Shown: positions 1 to 12,404 of the stretch, piece after piece
Layout of the letters: each line of letters begins with the position of its first letter
How positions within the stretch are numbered: the stretch's first letter is position 1
Assembly (NCBI GenBank): GCA_002269645.1
Contig: NIVC01001427.1
Span: 1-64,000, forward strand
Reading direction: 5' to 3'
Length of the DNA: 64,000 bases
Origin: Macrostomum lignano
Lineage: Eukaryota
Program-made: the position numbers and the translations under genes
The notes under the pieces: model-generated
Told to the model about the DNA's origin: nothing
The model's input: the letters and a program-made list of their open reading frames with translations, nothing else
The model's database searches: none

Positions 1-1452
1 ATTGGGATCTGAGGCATGGATCTAGCATTGGGGATCTGAGGCATGGGATCTAGCATTGGGGATCTGAGGCATGGATCTAGCATTGGGGATCTGAAGCATG
101 GGATCAGCATTGGGGATCTGAGGCATGGGATCTAGCATTGGGGATCTGAGGCATGGGATCTAGCATTGGGGATCTGAGCATGGGATCTAAGCATTGGGGA
201 TCTGAGCATGGGATCTAGCATTGGGGATCTGAGGCATGGGATCTAGCATTGGGGATCTGAGCATGGGATCTAGCATTGGGGATCTGAGGCATGGATCTAG
301 CATTGGGGATCTGAGCGTGGGATCTAGCATTGGGGATCTGAGGCATGGGATCTGGATCTAGCATTGGGATCTGAGCATGGGATCTAGCATTGGGGATCTG
401 AGCATGGGATCTAGCATTGGGGATCTGAGGCATGGGATCTAGCATTGGGGATCTGAGGCATGGGATCAAGCATTGGGATCTGAGGCATGGAATCTAGCAT
501 TGAGGATCTGAGGCATGGAATCTAGCATTGGGGATCTGAGGCATGGATCAAGCATTGGGATATGAGGCATGGGATCAAGCATTGGGGATCTGAGGCATGG
601 GATCAAGCATTGGGGATCTGAGGCATGGGATCTAGCATTGGGGATCTGAGGCATGGGATCTAGCATTGGGGATCTGAGGCATGGGATCAAGCATTGGGAT
701 CTGAGGCATGGAATCTAGCATTGAGGATCTGAGGCATGGAATCTAGCATTGGGGATCTGAGGCATGGATCAAGCATTGGGGATCTGAGGCATGGGATCAA
801 GCATTGGGGATCTGAGGCATGGGATCTAGCATTGGGGATCTGAGGCATGGGATCTAGCATTGGGGATCTGACATGGGATCTAGCATTGGGGATCTGAGGC
901 ATGGGATCTAGCATTGGGGATCTGAGGCATGGGATCAGCATTGGGGATCTGAGGCATGGGATCTAGCATTGGGATCTGAGGCATGGGATCTAGCATTGGG
1001 GATCTGAGGCATGGGATCTAGCATTGGGGATCTGAGGCATGGGATCTAGCATTGGGGATCTGAGGCATGGGATCTAGCATTGGGAATCTGAGGCATGATG
1101 AGATCTAAGGATTGGATCTGAGGCATGAGATCTAGCATAGGGAATCTGAGGCATGGGATCTAGAATTGGGGATCTGAGGCAAGAGATCTAGGATCGGGAT
1201 CTGAGGCATGGGATCAAGCATTGGGGATCTGAGGCATGGATCTAGCATAGGGAATCTGAGGCATGGGATCTAGAATTGGGGATCTGAGGCATGAGATCTA
1301 GGATCGGGGATCTGAGGCATGGATCAACATTGGGGATCTGAGGCATGGGATCTAGCATAGGGATCTGAGGCATGATCTAGAATTGGGGATCTGAGGCATG
1401 AGATCTAGGATCGGGGATCTGAGGCATGAGATCTAGAATTGGGGTTCTGAGG
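1..1452. repeat. ~28-bp minisatellite (GGGATCTGAGGCATGGGATCTAGCATTG) with higher-order structure; probably intronic in the guanylate cyclase gene
   Basis: Tandem units are directly visible from base 1 to about 1452. A variant block recurs at 467 and 688 (221-bp period), and a 4-unit higher-order repeat appears near 1120-1440. Confidence 0.97.
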
Positions 1453-1512
1453 CAAAAAAAGTGTGTTCTGTTCAGCAAGACCAACCACTCGTCTTTCGGT
1501 TCTTCTCATCGG

Positions 1513-2713
1513 TTAGAGTGCGCAAACTTGCAGATCCTTTTCGTCCATCTTCTGCAACGACATGAACTCGAACACGTTGTTGGTATGCATGATCACCTGT
1601 GCGGAAGGAGGCGATTCAATTTTTGGCAGATGAATTTTTTCTGTCAGCTCATTTCCGAGGCTCTGTAGAAAAAGCAGTCACCTTATCCCAGGTGAAAGGG
1701 ATCATGGGCCGGGTGAGTAGGAATGCCTCGTTCACCAGCGTGCCCTCCAGGTCGGCAGGGCGTTGAGGATGCCGTCTCCGGCGTGGATTATCTCCAGGCC
1801 GCGTTGAACACGATGTTGAACGGGAACACTCGAAGAAGACCTCCGAGGGCACCGGGAAATCGTCGACGACTGCCTGTGGATTTATCGGCGGGTCCTCGTG
1901 GGTGCTTGTCGGCTGATAATCTTACAAATGGCCTGCGCCTAAACACATATAAACACAATTCTAAACACATGATTGCAGCCATGGCCAGGTTTTCTTGTAC
2001 TATTGGGACCTCCTATTCATGGCGTCAATCTGCCTCCCTTTTTAAGCGTTCTTCAAACGTCTTCCAGCAGATTACTGTGTGGGGCGTTTTAACGCGTACT
2101 GGTACGGTACCTCTCCCGACGCATCAGCATTAACAACGTTCTCACTTACTTTATAGCCGGTGTTGTGAAAGTGCAGCCTCATAATGCAGTTTGTCATCTC
2201 ACTGGTCTCCTCCAGGTTGATGATTGTGATGGTGATGCGGCTCTGGTAGAACGTCTTGCCGATCGTGGTGATCATGCCCTGCACGTAGTGCGTGTAGCCC
2301 TGCCGCCTAGTCCGGTACTGCAGGGTGATGCCAGTGGAACTCTCGTTCATGCAGAAGAACGACGGTGGCCGAAGCTTCTTGTAGCTCATCCGAAGGTACT
2401 CGTGCAGGTTGTCCAGCCCATTGAGGAAGTCGCGCAGGTTGCGGCCGAGAACGCGGAGGACACCATCGTAGCCAAAGTTGGACAGGTAGGAGACAAAGTA
2501 GGCGCCATTCGCGTAGGCCAGGGTGGACGCCTCCACGTTGAGGTTGGCGGACGCAGTGGCCAGAATCTTGGGAATGATGGTCTCGCTGTACACCTCGTGA
2601 ATGGAGAAGCTTTTAACCTCTGTGTCGGACTTGTGAATAAGGAAGTACCACATGTCGTCACCGTAGTGCTCCATGATGAAGCTGCGGAGACCTTCTAGAA
2701 GTAGGCCGTACAT
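1513..2713 (-). CDS. Gyc88E: Atypical soluble guanylate cyclase (H-NOX + start of H-NOBA/PAS), Gyc88E-like; 5' part only, gene presumably continues left of the window
   Basis: Exon 1 is 2713-2150 (MYGLLLE...DFLNGLDNLHEYL...YRTRR...HY, donor GTAAGT). Exon 2 is 1873-1682 (FPVPSEVFFE/VFPFNIVFN/LEIIHAGDGI/EAFLLTRP, three 1-nt deletions). Exon 3 starts at 1596 (VIMHTNNVFEF); its end is unclear. The proximal His, YxS/TxR motif and distal Tyr are present. The symbol means Gyc88E-like. Confidence 0.9.
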
Positions 2714-3744
2714 GCTTAGTGCTGAATGAGGTAAGACAACTTGATGTCGGCTTTTGCCAGTGGCACTCCCTGCCCCCTTATATCCTGAAGAGCTGGCCGC
2801 TCATTAGTATCGAGTCAGCCAATTTGGAGCTCTTCGGTTCCGTCTGCGGCTCAGCGCAGAGTTCGGCTGCTCGGCTTTTGTTTTATTTTTGTACCAGTCT
2901 GGAGGCTGTCTAGACTCAATAGTAGTGCTCAGAACAATGAGCTGCTCATTAGCTAACCATTTGACCAGAGCAGTCCACCAGTTGCCGTTGGTGGCGTCAG
3001 TGTGGAAGCAACTGACACCTGCACTTGTGACGCCTGTTTTGCCCGGTTTAATGAAGGCGACACTCTCTGTTCCGGGTCGCGGGTTTCTAGGAAGTTCTCA
3101 TTATGAGAAGGGAAATTCACAATTTTCGTCTCCCAACGACCTTCCCGTGCCACGCATGGGCGCCTAAGGTGCTTAAGGCTTTTTCACTCCAAATTGCGAG
3201 TCTGAGCTAATAGATAAACATGTAAAAGAGAACATGTAAAGAACATCTGACTCACTGATGCAGCTCAGCTGACTTGATTTAGTTAGCTCAAATAAAAAAA
3301 CACCACCAGCGTAGGCGAGACATTTTTGACATGATCGGGAAAAAGGCATTTCCAAATATTTTTCCAAGTGTCTTTGTGTCAGGTCCAAGCAAAAGAATAT
3401 ATATTTGGTCCAACAAGCTTCTGTTTATTGCTAGCGATTAGGTCAAAACTAAATATAAACTTTTGTTGCAGAGTCAAGCTCTAAAAGAAATTATATCCAA
3501 CCAGAAATTCGTTTAAAACCAGAGGCAAATGATCAGAGAGGCAGCCTTTTACAAACTTTGATGTGCTGCTAAAAACAGAAATTTTTCTGTAAATTAAAAG
3601 CTAATTTTGCGTAGGTTGACAGATTAGTATAAGGACCGAATTTTCTTAAACTATAAAGGCAGCTCTAATAGGATATTGAATATGAAACAAAGCTGTTTTT
3701 TTAGGCAGTTGCCGGGAGTTTTCGAGTAAGACCTCACGCTGGCC

Positions 3745-6700
3745 TCAAATCCAGCCGTGCTGCGACCAGTAGGTGATGAGAGTCCATGTCCGGTTGAGCC
3801 CGTCGGTGCTCGGGTGGAGGCCCTGCATGTCAACACTGAAGGCGTGGCTGGAGTTGAACGCCAACCCGTAGGTGCCGAACAGCGCGCTGGCGTTGCTGCT
3901 GCCGAAGTCCGACCACGGCACTTCCACGGCACGTAGGCCGGCGGCCAGGTAGGCGGTGTACTCATCCTCCGACACGGTGCTCCACGTCCAGCCGCCGTCG
4001 TCCGAGCGGACCCGGCTGGCCTGGTCGAAAGAAGTGCCGTACAGCCGCGACGCGCCCGGCTCCACAAATCAAATCTGGCTAACCAGGTCGTCCAGCCTCT
4101 CCCAGGTGATGCCGAAGTCGGCGGTGCGCGAGCACCTGCTCTGCCCTCCTGGCCGGTTCAGCATACACACATAAAGGACACCGTCGGCCGGGTTCACCAC
4201 GTAGCCGCGGCCCTGTGACGAGCCAGATGCGGTTGGCACAGGCTCATAGCAGGCCTCGGCCGCTGCCGTGTCCGCCATCAGGACGCAGCCGTAGAACTCG
4301 ACGCGCAGCGACCGGCTGAAACTGCTCGGTCCGCCGGTCAGCGGCAGCAGGCGGATGAAGCGGCAGGCTACCGGTCGGCTAAGCAGAACGTAGGCCGAAC
4401 CGGCAGTGTAGCTGGCGTTAAACACCTACAAGGGCAAAACACAGGTGTTCAGATCCGGTTTGATAGAATCAATTAGCTGTAAGAGGATCTTGAGAGGTAA
4501 TTTTGCCTTTTCCAAACTGAATAATGAAAATCCATTTATTGAGAACCTTTCCTCAATAAATTCAAGGATATTTAAGCAAACATGATGAATATCCGATTAC
4601 TGTTCGTATTCGGAGCAGTATTTTTATAAATCCAACTAAGTTTATTCTTCAGTACGAGCTATTCAGCGTTGCACAAGGCAACGATAAATTCTCGACCAGT
4701 AAACTCATTCGATCAACATAAATTTTTGGACTCTGGATTTAAATACACATAAAATTATGACCTCCGATTCATCTACATCTGCAAAGCCTCGAGGCTCAGC
4801 CCTCACCTCCTTTGTACCGGAAACGCTCGAGGTGACTTCGAACCACAGCCCCTCCTCACTGTGCTGCAGCCAGAAAGTGTCAACCCGATTGGACGAATCG
4901 CTGCTGTGACTTTGCAGGCGAACAGCGGTGACTTGAGTCCGGTTGCCGAGGCTAATATCCAGGTATTCGCTGCCGTAGAATGGGGGGCACCGGTGTAGAC
5001 TGGACCAGGCCCGGTCCGAGTTGTACCGGCCTTTTGTTGCCACGTCGCTTCCTAATTGTCCGCTGGCCGTGATCTGACAGTCGCAGATACTGCCAGACTC
5101 CATGCCGAGTGCCCTGAAGCACTCGAATGTAGATTTCTATGTTTTTGCGATATGTCGGCGTGTAGGTGGACAGGTCAGCAATGGATGTGAGGCCGGCTGA
5201 CTTGTTTCGAAAGGTGAAGAAGGCGTCGGCTGGTGACTGTGGTGACGCCTCTCCGGGCCTTAGCGCACCCTGAGGATCCACTGTGACGTTGATTGTCACT
5301 TGAAACTTCTGTGTGTACAAAATCGATGGGATGGAGATTACGAGACCCTCGTTGATGTCCGTCTTGTTTATCAAGGTGACGGAGCCGGGGTTCGACTCAG
5401 CCAAAGCCGTGTAACCAAGGATGTGCGGCAGGTACCAACACAGCTTTACATTGTAGGCGTTGCCGTGAGAGTTCTCGGTGTGGTTGAGGCGGATGGACAG
5501 CTGAAGCTGCGTTCCAGGCGTTTTGTTGGCCACCGGATAGCAAGAGCTTCGTCCTGGAAAAGTTGCAGTCACGGCTTGTCCTTTGGATTAGCGATCACCT
5601 GAACGGTAGCCATGGAAACTTTGCTTAGGCAACTGTAAGTCAGCTCACAGTAAAGATTCTGCACGCTTCCATGAATGTTCACGATGTGTTTAGTTGAGCC
5701 TTCACTTGTATCTGAATCACATCCTGATCTTTGTGGTACTCGGCGTATTGGTAACGACGCCAGACGCCTGAATTAGCGATCATGCCGGACACTGTCATCC
5801 TGTCAATCTGAAAGTTGCCTAGGTTTGACTCGTTGCCATAGACAAGCCTTATACGATCTTGGCAGCAATAATTTGGCCCGATGAAGGACACATTTAAGTC
5901 TCAGAGCAAGAATATCGCTTCGCCCGAGATTGTGTTTGAAAAGATGCTAATTGCCATGCTGGTGAGGGCTTCTCCAATTGATACGTTAAACGTAAAACTT
6001 TTTTCCTCGAAAATTCTCATGCCGACAGGCTGCAGATCGGCCGCAGTCACGGTCGGGTTGAGATCCTGCACAGACGGCAGACTGCTAACAACTGTGAGGG
6101 ATTTAGATCCCACGAAAAAGACAGCATTGCTTAGGTTGACAATCGCACCAATCCACAGGCTCTCACCAGGGTTCGTTAGGGAGCCATTGATAAAGATGTC
6201 TGCCTCAATTCGAATCTTATTGTCTACTTGCTCTATCGGACCTGAGACAGCGATATTCTGCCCACACGCAGTGAGCAGATGTGCATCTTGCCGCGATCGG
6301 ATGAGTTGAACGGCACCAGTAGTTCAACCGAGTAGTTGGCGATGGTGTCGACTGGCAGAAAGCCCTCCAGGACAAACGTATGGAATCCATCGGCAACAAT
6401 CTGCTCCGAATCGTTTCTCAGACGAATACTGAATCTCGGACTAAAGTTCAGTTCTGGCAGAGTAGCGTCGACTGTCAAGTTGGCCGCATCTGTCCACAAT
6501 ACACTTGAACCCAGGGACGATGAGGTCGAGCCATAGACATTTGATCCCGTATCGCCGGACTTCAGTTGAAGAACAATGTCAAACAGTCCAGAGTTGTCGC
6601 TACCAGTGTATGGCTGATTAAGTTGACCAAAGTTAGCAAAGTTTAGCAAATCAGGGTGTAGTTACCAACAGATTGCGAGTTGGCGAAGGTAGTTGTGCTA

Positions 6701-7769
6701 GGACTTATCATGGAGCCTAGGCAAGGAATGTTCCGGCCCCTTTTAGCGAGTCCGATGCGGCAAATGCTAAGATTCTCACTTAGGGAAACTGCGTTTATGC
6801 TGTAGTGTCCGTAGGCCTGCGGCACGCTAGTCATGTTGACAAGCATTGTGTAGGATCCTCCAACCCAGACAGTGGTGTTTGGCGTCTTCCTCACGGTAGC
6901 AAGAGTTGACTGATTTGACACTGCGACACTATTAAAAATTGTGACGGGATTATAGCTGAGGTCGACTCGATTAGAAAATGCAACTACCAGATTGTTCAAG
7001 ACTTTGCAGGAAATCCAATAGAGCGTGTTGTTGATCAAATTCGACGCATTCACTATATAATGCGCCGTAATGAATGCGAACACGTGAAATCGTATGGTAT
7101 TCTTCTCTGAGAGCCACGGATAGTCTATGCTACCAACGTTCGAAATAAATCCTCCAGGGAACTTGATAACTACCTTGTTGACCCGGCCATCGTCAGGTCA
7201 TCAAGAGTCAGTTGTCGTGGTAGTATTTCCAGTAATATTCGACCAAGCGTAAGCGGCCTGGCCAACCCAAATCTTTGTGCTGTTGGCGAAGCGGGCTCTA
7301 AAGCTGACACGATAGGTCATGTTGCTCAACATTCTGGGAGAGTTAAGTACCTTCGTTGTGAATTCGCATGCAATCTGGTTGTCGGACAAAACTGCACTGG
7401 GCCCACTGCTGGTAAGGTTGACTATTGTGAGCGAGGCCCTATCGTTTCGATAGTCGTTACCTTTGGCTTCCAGGACCCATTGGTTGTTTAATTCCGTAGT
7501 ATTGGATCCCTGTAGGTAGGGGTCAATCCAGGTTACCTGCGGGGAGCAGAGAGAGAACAGAGCCGACGTGTTGCTCGGGGTGTAGATCTCAGCTCGCAGT
7601 TCAGTCGCCATGCTGCCTGGCAGGGTGCCGGTAACGCGGAATTGTAGGTAACATAAGCCGGGTGGAAGCCGATCTTCTCCATTATCCAGGTGATGTTCTG
7701 GTCGCTTTGGCTCTGCCCCAGCTCTGGGAGAAAGACCAAGACGGAAAGCAATGTTATCAGCGATAGCAT
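3745..7769 (-). CDS. Large secreted protein: signal peptide, repeated beta-rich modules, F5/8 type C (discoidin) domain and C-terminal region; frame-disrupted (assembly errors or pseudogene)
   Basis: Signal peptide MLSLITLLSVLVFLPELGQS at 7769. Consecutive ORFs join across short frame breaks. The F5/8 domain (CFRALGMESGSICDCQITAS...RTQVTAVRLQ...RFIRLLP...SLRVEFYGC) is split by a phase-0 GT-AG intron at 4806-4426. Stop at 3745. Confidence 0.75.
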
Positions 7770-8506
7770 TGAGCCTTGAGGTTGTCAGCTGGATTCTTTG
7801 GTTGGATATTGCGAATGACTATCCAAGCTGTTGCTTATTGTCTATGCCTGTCTTGTAATGAATCCTGATTTAGGGGGTTTTATATAACACCGTATGAGCC
7901 CGCGCTCCACAGTTTATTATTGTGGGTGCCTTGGCAACCGAGCTCCGAAAGCAATTCCGAGAAAAATAAGAAAAAAATTCGTTGCTATTGCCGATTGAGA
8001 GCCAGCTCCCTCCCAACTGGTTTATCAATGATTTGCAAGGATTCTCCCTACAGACCTGCTCTGCCCGCATGTTTTATCACTTGTGTCAAAGCATCTAAAT
8101 TTTTCAAGCCTTGCATTCAGCTGAAATAAAACAGAATTTTTTTTAATCAGATTAAATTCCCAATCTGAATAATAAAGAATTGTAGAAGATTCGTTGCGTT
8201 GAAAAAATCTCTGCTGCAGTTGTTTGTGGGATTGCGACAACATTGATGTCATGGAATCAATGCGATGCCTACCTCGCCCTTGCTTGCCTTTTAAGCCCTC
8301 GTTCCGACTACGAATTAGCATAATAAAGGGATACAGAACAAAATACATGCACATGTTGATTCGCATGCAGTGTTGAATTCACGTAAATCTAACAGTTGCG
8401 ATGATTGCTAGTGAACAAAAACTTTTAGCTGCATTTTCACTGGATGAAATACATGTAAATTTTCATACATAGCTGACACAATAACTATATATGCGGTATA
8501 CATAGG

Positions 8507-11500
8507 CTTGATTTACTTAGACTTAGCTGCAGGGGGCATCCGGCGGATGCAGCGAGGAGGCGGAGGAGACCGCCCATTCCGCTAGCCCCTGGCGACCAAT
8601 GGCTTCCAGTGGTGTCGCTCAGGGGGACCCGTCGGTCTCGCCTGCAGCGCGGTCCTCCTCACCGACGGTGGGGAAGAACTCAGCTCGTCCCGTGTCCCTC
8701 ATGTACCGGGCGAGCAGCGGGATGCTCTCGGGCCTGCAAACGTCGGAGAGATCCGGGTTTGGCCCGAGGTGAGTGAGCCTGGCCCTGGTGAAAACCGGGC
8801 AGTGGCAGATAAAATGCTCGGCGTTTTCACTGCCTGAGCGGCAGAAGGGGCACCGCTCCTCGGGAACTTGGCCCTAAAGGAAACAGTGGCGAGAGAAGCA
8901 GCCATGCCCGGAGAGGGCCATGCTGACTGCTCTGGGGTCTCTGCGGTTGAGCCTGAAGAGGGCTCTACGCAGGAGAGGAGAGGGGCAGAGGACGGCAGCA
9001 CGGGATTGCCTACAATTCCCGGTGTCGTGCCACCTGCGGAGATGCTCGGATTAAGTCCAGCGCTAACGCGGGAGTTGATCACCGAGGCGGGGATGGGGGC
9101 TCCCGGCTCGGCCCCAGCAGCACGCCGGCGGAGCCAGCCTTAGCCAGCATGTCGGCGCGCTCGTTGCCGAGGAAACCAGTGTGGCCCGGGATCCATCTGA
9201 GTTCAACATGGTTGCCTAGCGCAAGCCCGTTGAGCTGGGTGTTGCAGTCCAGGACGGACCTGGAGCTGGTGGTGCTGCGGCGGAGGGCCCGAAGGGCTGC
9301 TTGGCTGTCAGAGTGAAAAATAAATTTCCGACCGCTAAGCTGCCTTCGGCGCAGCTCTGCCGCGCAGAAGCTGATGGCAAGCACCTCGCTCTGAAAAACA
9401 CTGGAGTTGAGCCCAGTGTGCTGGGAGTAGCTCCAAACCACTTCTCCCTTGAAGAAGACGCAAGCTCCGAAGCCTGAAAGACCATGCCTCATAGAGCCGT
9501 CAGTGTAACAGTGGACTTCAGAATCGCTCCAGCTGTCACTCGCCTCGTGTCGAGGCTGAATAATCACCTTATACCTTTGGCTCAGAAGAAGGGTGGCTAG
9601 GATCGAGTCCGTGAGTATGTTGAGCCCGCCACACTCCTCGAGAGCCTTGATAAGCGACCGCTTCTTAAAGGCCCGCACTTTCTTGAAGGCCACCCCAGCA
9701 TCCAGAAGACGCCGGGTGCTCTTCGCCGCCTCTCCTTTGATGTAAATATCCAGAGGAGGGGCACGGAGGAAGGCATTTATGCCTTCAAAAGGAGTAGAGG
9801 GTGGAGCGCCCATAGTCATGCGGCAGGCTCTGCCCTGGATTTTGTAGGCTCAAGGTTGCTCTTGACGCTCAGGCCGCTGGCCCACACGAGGTTGGCGTAA
9901 CTGATCGAGGGGCGGATGATGGCAGTGTAAATCCACCACAGCTTCCTGTAGGGTGAGCCCCCAGGTGGTGCCCACGGCGCGTCTGATCTGAGCCAGGACA
10001 GCCAGGGCTTTTTTGGCTTTAGTTTGAATGTGCGGAGTCCAGTTAAGCCTGTGGTCCAGAGTGAGGCCCAGGCAGCGGACCTGCTTCTCCATGGAAATAT
10101 TCTTTCCATAGAGGGTGAGGGGCTGGATGGTCCAGAGCAGTTTGTTGGTAAACATGACCGCTGTGGTTTTCGACTCTGAGAGTCTAAGGCCACATAGGTT
10201 TGCCCAACGCTCCGCTCGTCCCAGAAAGCTCTGCAGAAGGTCTCTGATGGTATCAACCGAGGGGCCCGCGCATATCGCGGTCACATCATCGGCATAGCCC
10301 ACCTTGAGAATGGGGTCGTGGAGATCACTGCAAAGCAACTCATCCATGACCATGTTCCAGAGAACGGGCGTGAGAACTCCGCCCTGGGGGCCCCCTTTCT
10401 GGACAGGCACCGAAAGAGAGCTGCCGTTCAGGTGGGCCACAACAGTGCGGTTTCGGATCATGAACATGATCCACCAGACAAGGTGAGGGTGCGTGGCCCT
10501 GGATTCCAGTGCTCTGCAAAAGGCCTCAAAGATGACGTTGTCGAAGGCCCCCTCAATGTCCAGGAAAAGCGAGAGGGCAAAGCCGCTGCCAAGAACGGCC
10601 CTCTCCAGGAAGTCAACAATGATATGGAGGGCACTCTCGGTAGACCTGCCCGCGCGGAAGGCGTGCTGGTTATGCGAGAGTGGGAAGCGCTTCAGCTCGA
10701 CCGAAAGTAGGCGCCAAAGCACCAGTCTCTCGAGGAGCTTGAGGCAGAAAGAGGTGAGGCTGATAGGCCTGAAGGCCTTCGCCGATTGGTAGTCGCTCTT
10801 TCCAGGCTTGGGGATAAAGACCACCCGGGCCTCTCTCCACGCAACTGGTACATAGCCCAGCTTCACACAAGCTCGGAGGAGACGACAGAGGAGGTCCAGG
10901 AAGCGGTGGTTTTTCACCGCCTCGTGCAAGAACGCTGGGTAGATGCCATCGAGCCCAGGCGCCTTGAACGGGTTAAAGGACCTTGCCGCTCTAATAATGC
11001 GGTCTTTGGTGATCATAGACTTTGCTAGGCCTTGCCCTTCCACGGTGTGGTCAGGCGGGCCCTGCTGAGTCGGAGATTTAGGGAAGAAACTGTTGAGCAT
11101 TAGCTCTAAAGTCTCTTCAGAGCTCTCTGTGACCGAGCCATCAGGTCTCTTCACAACAGAGAGTTTAGAAAAACGGTCGTTAGTGAGTGCCTTAACCACG
11201 CGGGCTACGGGGCGAGAGCCCAAGTCCTTCGCAGTATTGGCACCACTTGGCCGTCTTGGCCCTTCTGACTTGGCCCTTAAACTCGTGGATCGCACGGGTA
11301 TAGGCCTCTCTATCAGATTGGTCTTTGGTTTTGAGCGCTCGTCTTTGGAGGGTCCTGGCTCGGCGCCGAAGGGCCCCGAGCTCTGGGTTCCACCAGGGAG
11401 CAGATTTCTTGCCTTTGTAGGCTTTTAGAGGGCAGGCTGCTTCAAAGGCAGTGGTAATCGCCCCACCCAGGGAGGAGGCGAGATCATCCATCACCCGGCA

Positions 11501-11565
11501 GTCAGAGAGGTCGCTGGGGGGGGGGGTCAAGATCCCGCAGGCGGCGGCTCAGCTTCGAGCCAAAG
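8507..11565 (-). mobile_element. 5'-truncated non-LTR retrotransposon, R1 group/LOA-like (RT + RNase H + CCHC), degenerate
   Basis: RT motifs KAPGLDG, RPISL, DIEGAFD, PQGGVL, YADD. Thumb region TWGL..KLWWIYTAIIRP. RNase H motifs YTDGS/SEVLAI/SDSQAAL/GNERAD. CCHC CPFCRSGSENAEHFICHC near 8790-8850. Exact 14-bp TSD GCGGTATACATAGG at 8493-8506 and 11566-11579. Several frameshifts and one in-frame TAG (8874-8876). Confidence 0.93.
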
Positions 11566-12404
11566 GCGGTATACATAGGTCTTATTTTATGAAAAATATT
11601 AAGCACATACTTTTGCATGCATACATATAGACCGGCACTAATTATTATTTCATTATTAATGTCATTCTTAGCTCAATTGCGAGAATGGTGATCTGTTGTC
11701 TTCTCGGTTTAATAATCTGTAATTTAGTCTAATACAGGTCGATGGCTCAGCGTTTTGCAGCTTGCCAATTAAATGTAGCTGACACCTGCAGCTGAAAATC
11801 AGTTCCACATCAGGCAATGTACAGCTGAATGATGCATATGGATGTACATGCATCTCAATAAAGCATGAGCAGACAGCTCATTCCGACATGTATTTCAGCA
11901 AACACTTGCAAAGACATGCAGAGTGACATCTAATATGACTTTTTATAGCGAATTGCCGATACAAGCTGTCGTAGATAGTTTTTGTCCCTCGTTTTTTCAT
12001 TCTTAATTGTCTTTTGTACTTTAAGTTTTTAAGCACTGCAAGTTAAGTTGGTCTCAATATGATAACTAACCGTATGACGTGAAAGAATTTTTCGGCATGC
12101 AAGTTTAAATATTTTTATATATTATAACAAAAAGCAGACTCAAATACAGATATCGCTTAATGTTAAGTTTATTAAAAATAACAGAAAGCCATTATTTGAA
12201 TAGAAAAAAAGAAAATATTATTGGATTGAAAGGATTATCGAAAAATCATGTGACTTAGCTATGGGACGATTTTAATTTTTTAAACCGTCTCTAAATAAAT
12301 CCAAAAAGCCTGGGAAAAATACGTCGACGTATTTTGTGTTTGCGAATAATTATACAAAAAACCTTAAATTGCTGATTGTGCTTGCTTGAAATTCCCAACA
12401 TAAT

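Noticed and set aside
215-941. Three ORFs of 74-84 aa
   Set aside because: They are translations of the 28-bp minisatellite.
2860-3080. Open minus-strand stretch (GVTSAGVSCFHTDATNGNWWTALVKW) that might be a further exon of the F5/8 gene
   Set aside because: The gene already has a plausible stop at 3745, and no convincing splice sites or family motif support this stretch.
4069-7203. In-frame TGA codons at 7198-7203 (double), 5901-5903 and 4069-4071, suggesting Sec or Trp recoding
   Set aside because: The region is full of 1-nt indels, and neighbouring frames read better across two of the sites (LDDPDDG, SDILALRL), so paired indels explain them. Other genes here use TGA as a normal stop, and no SECIS was recognised.
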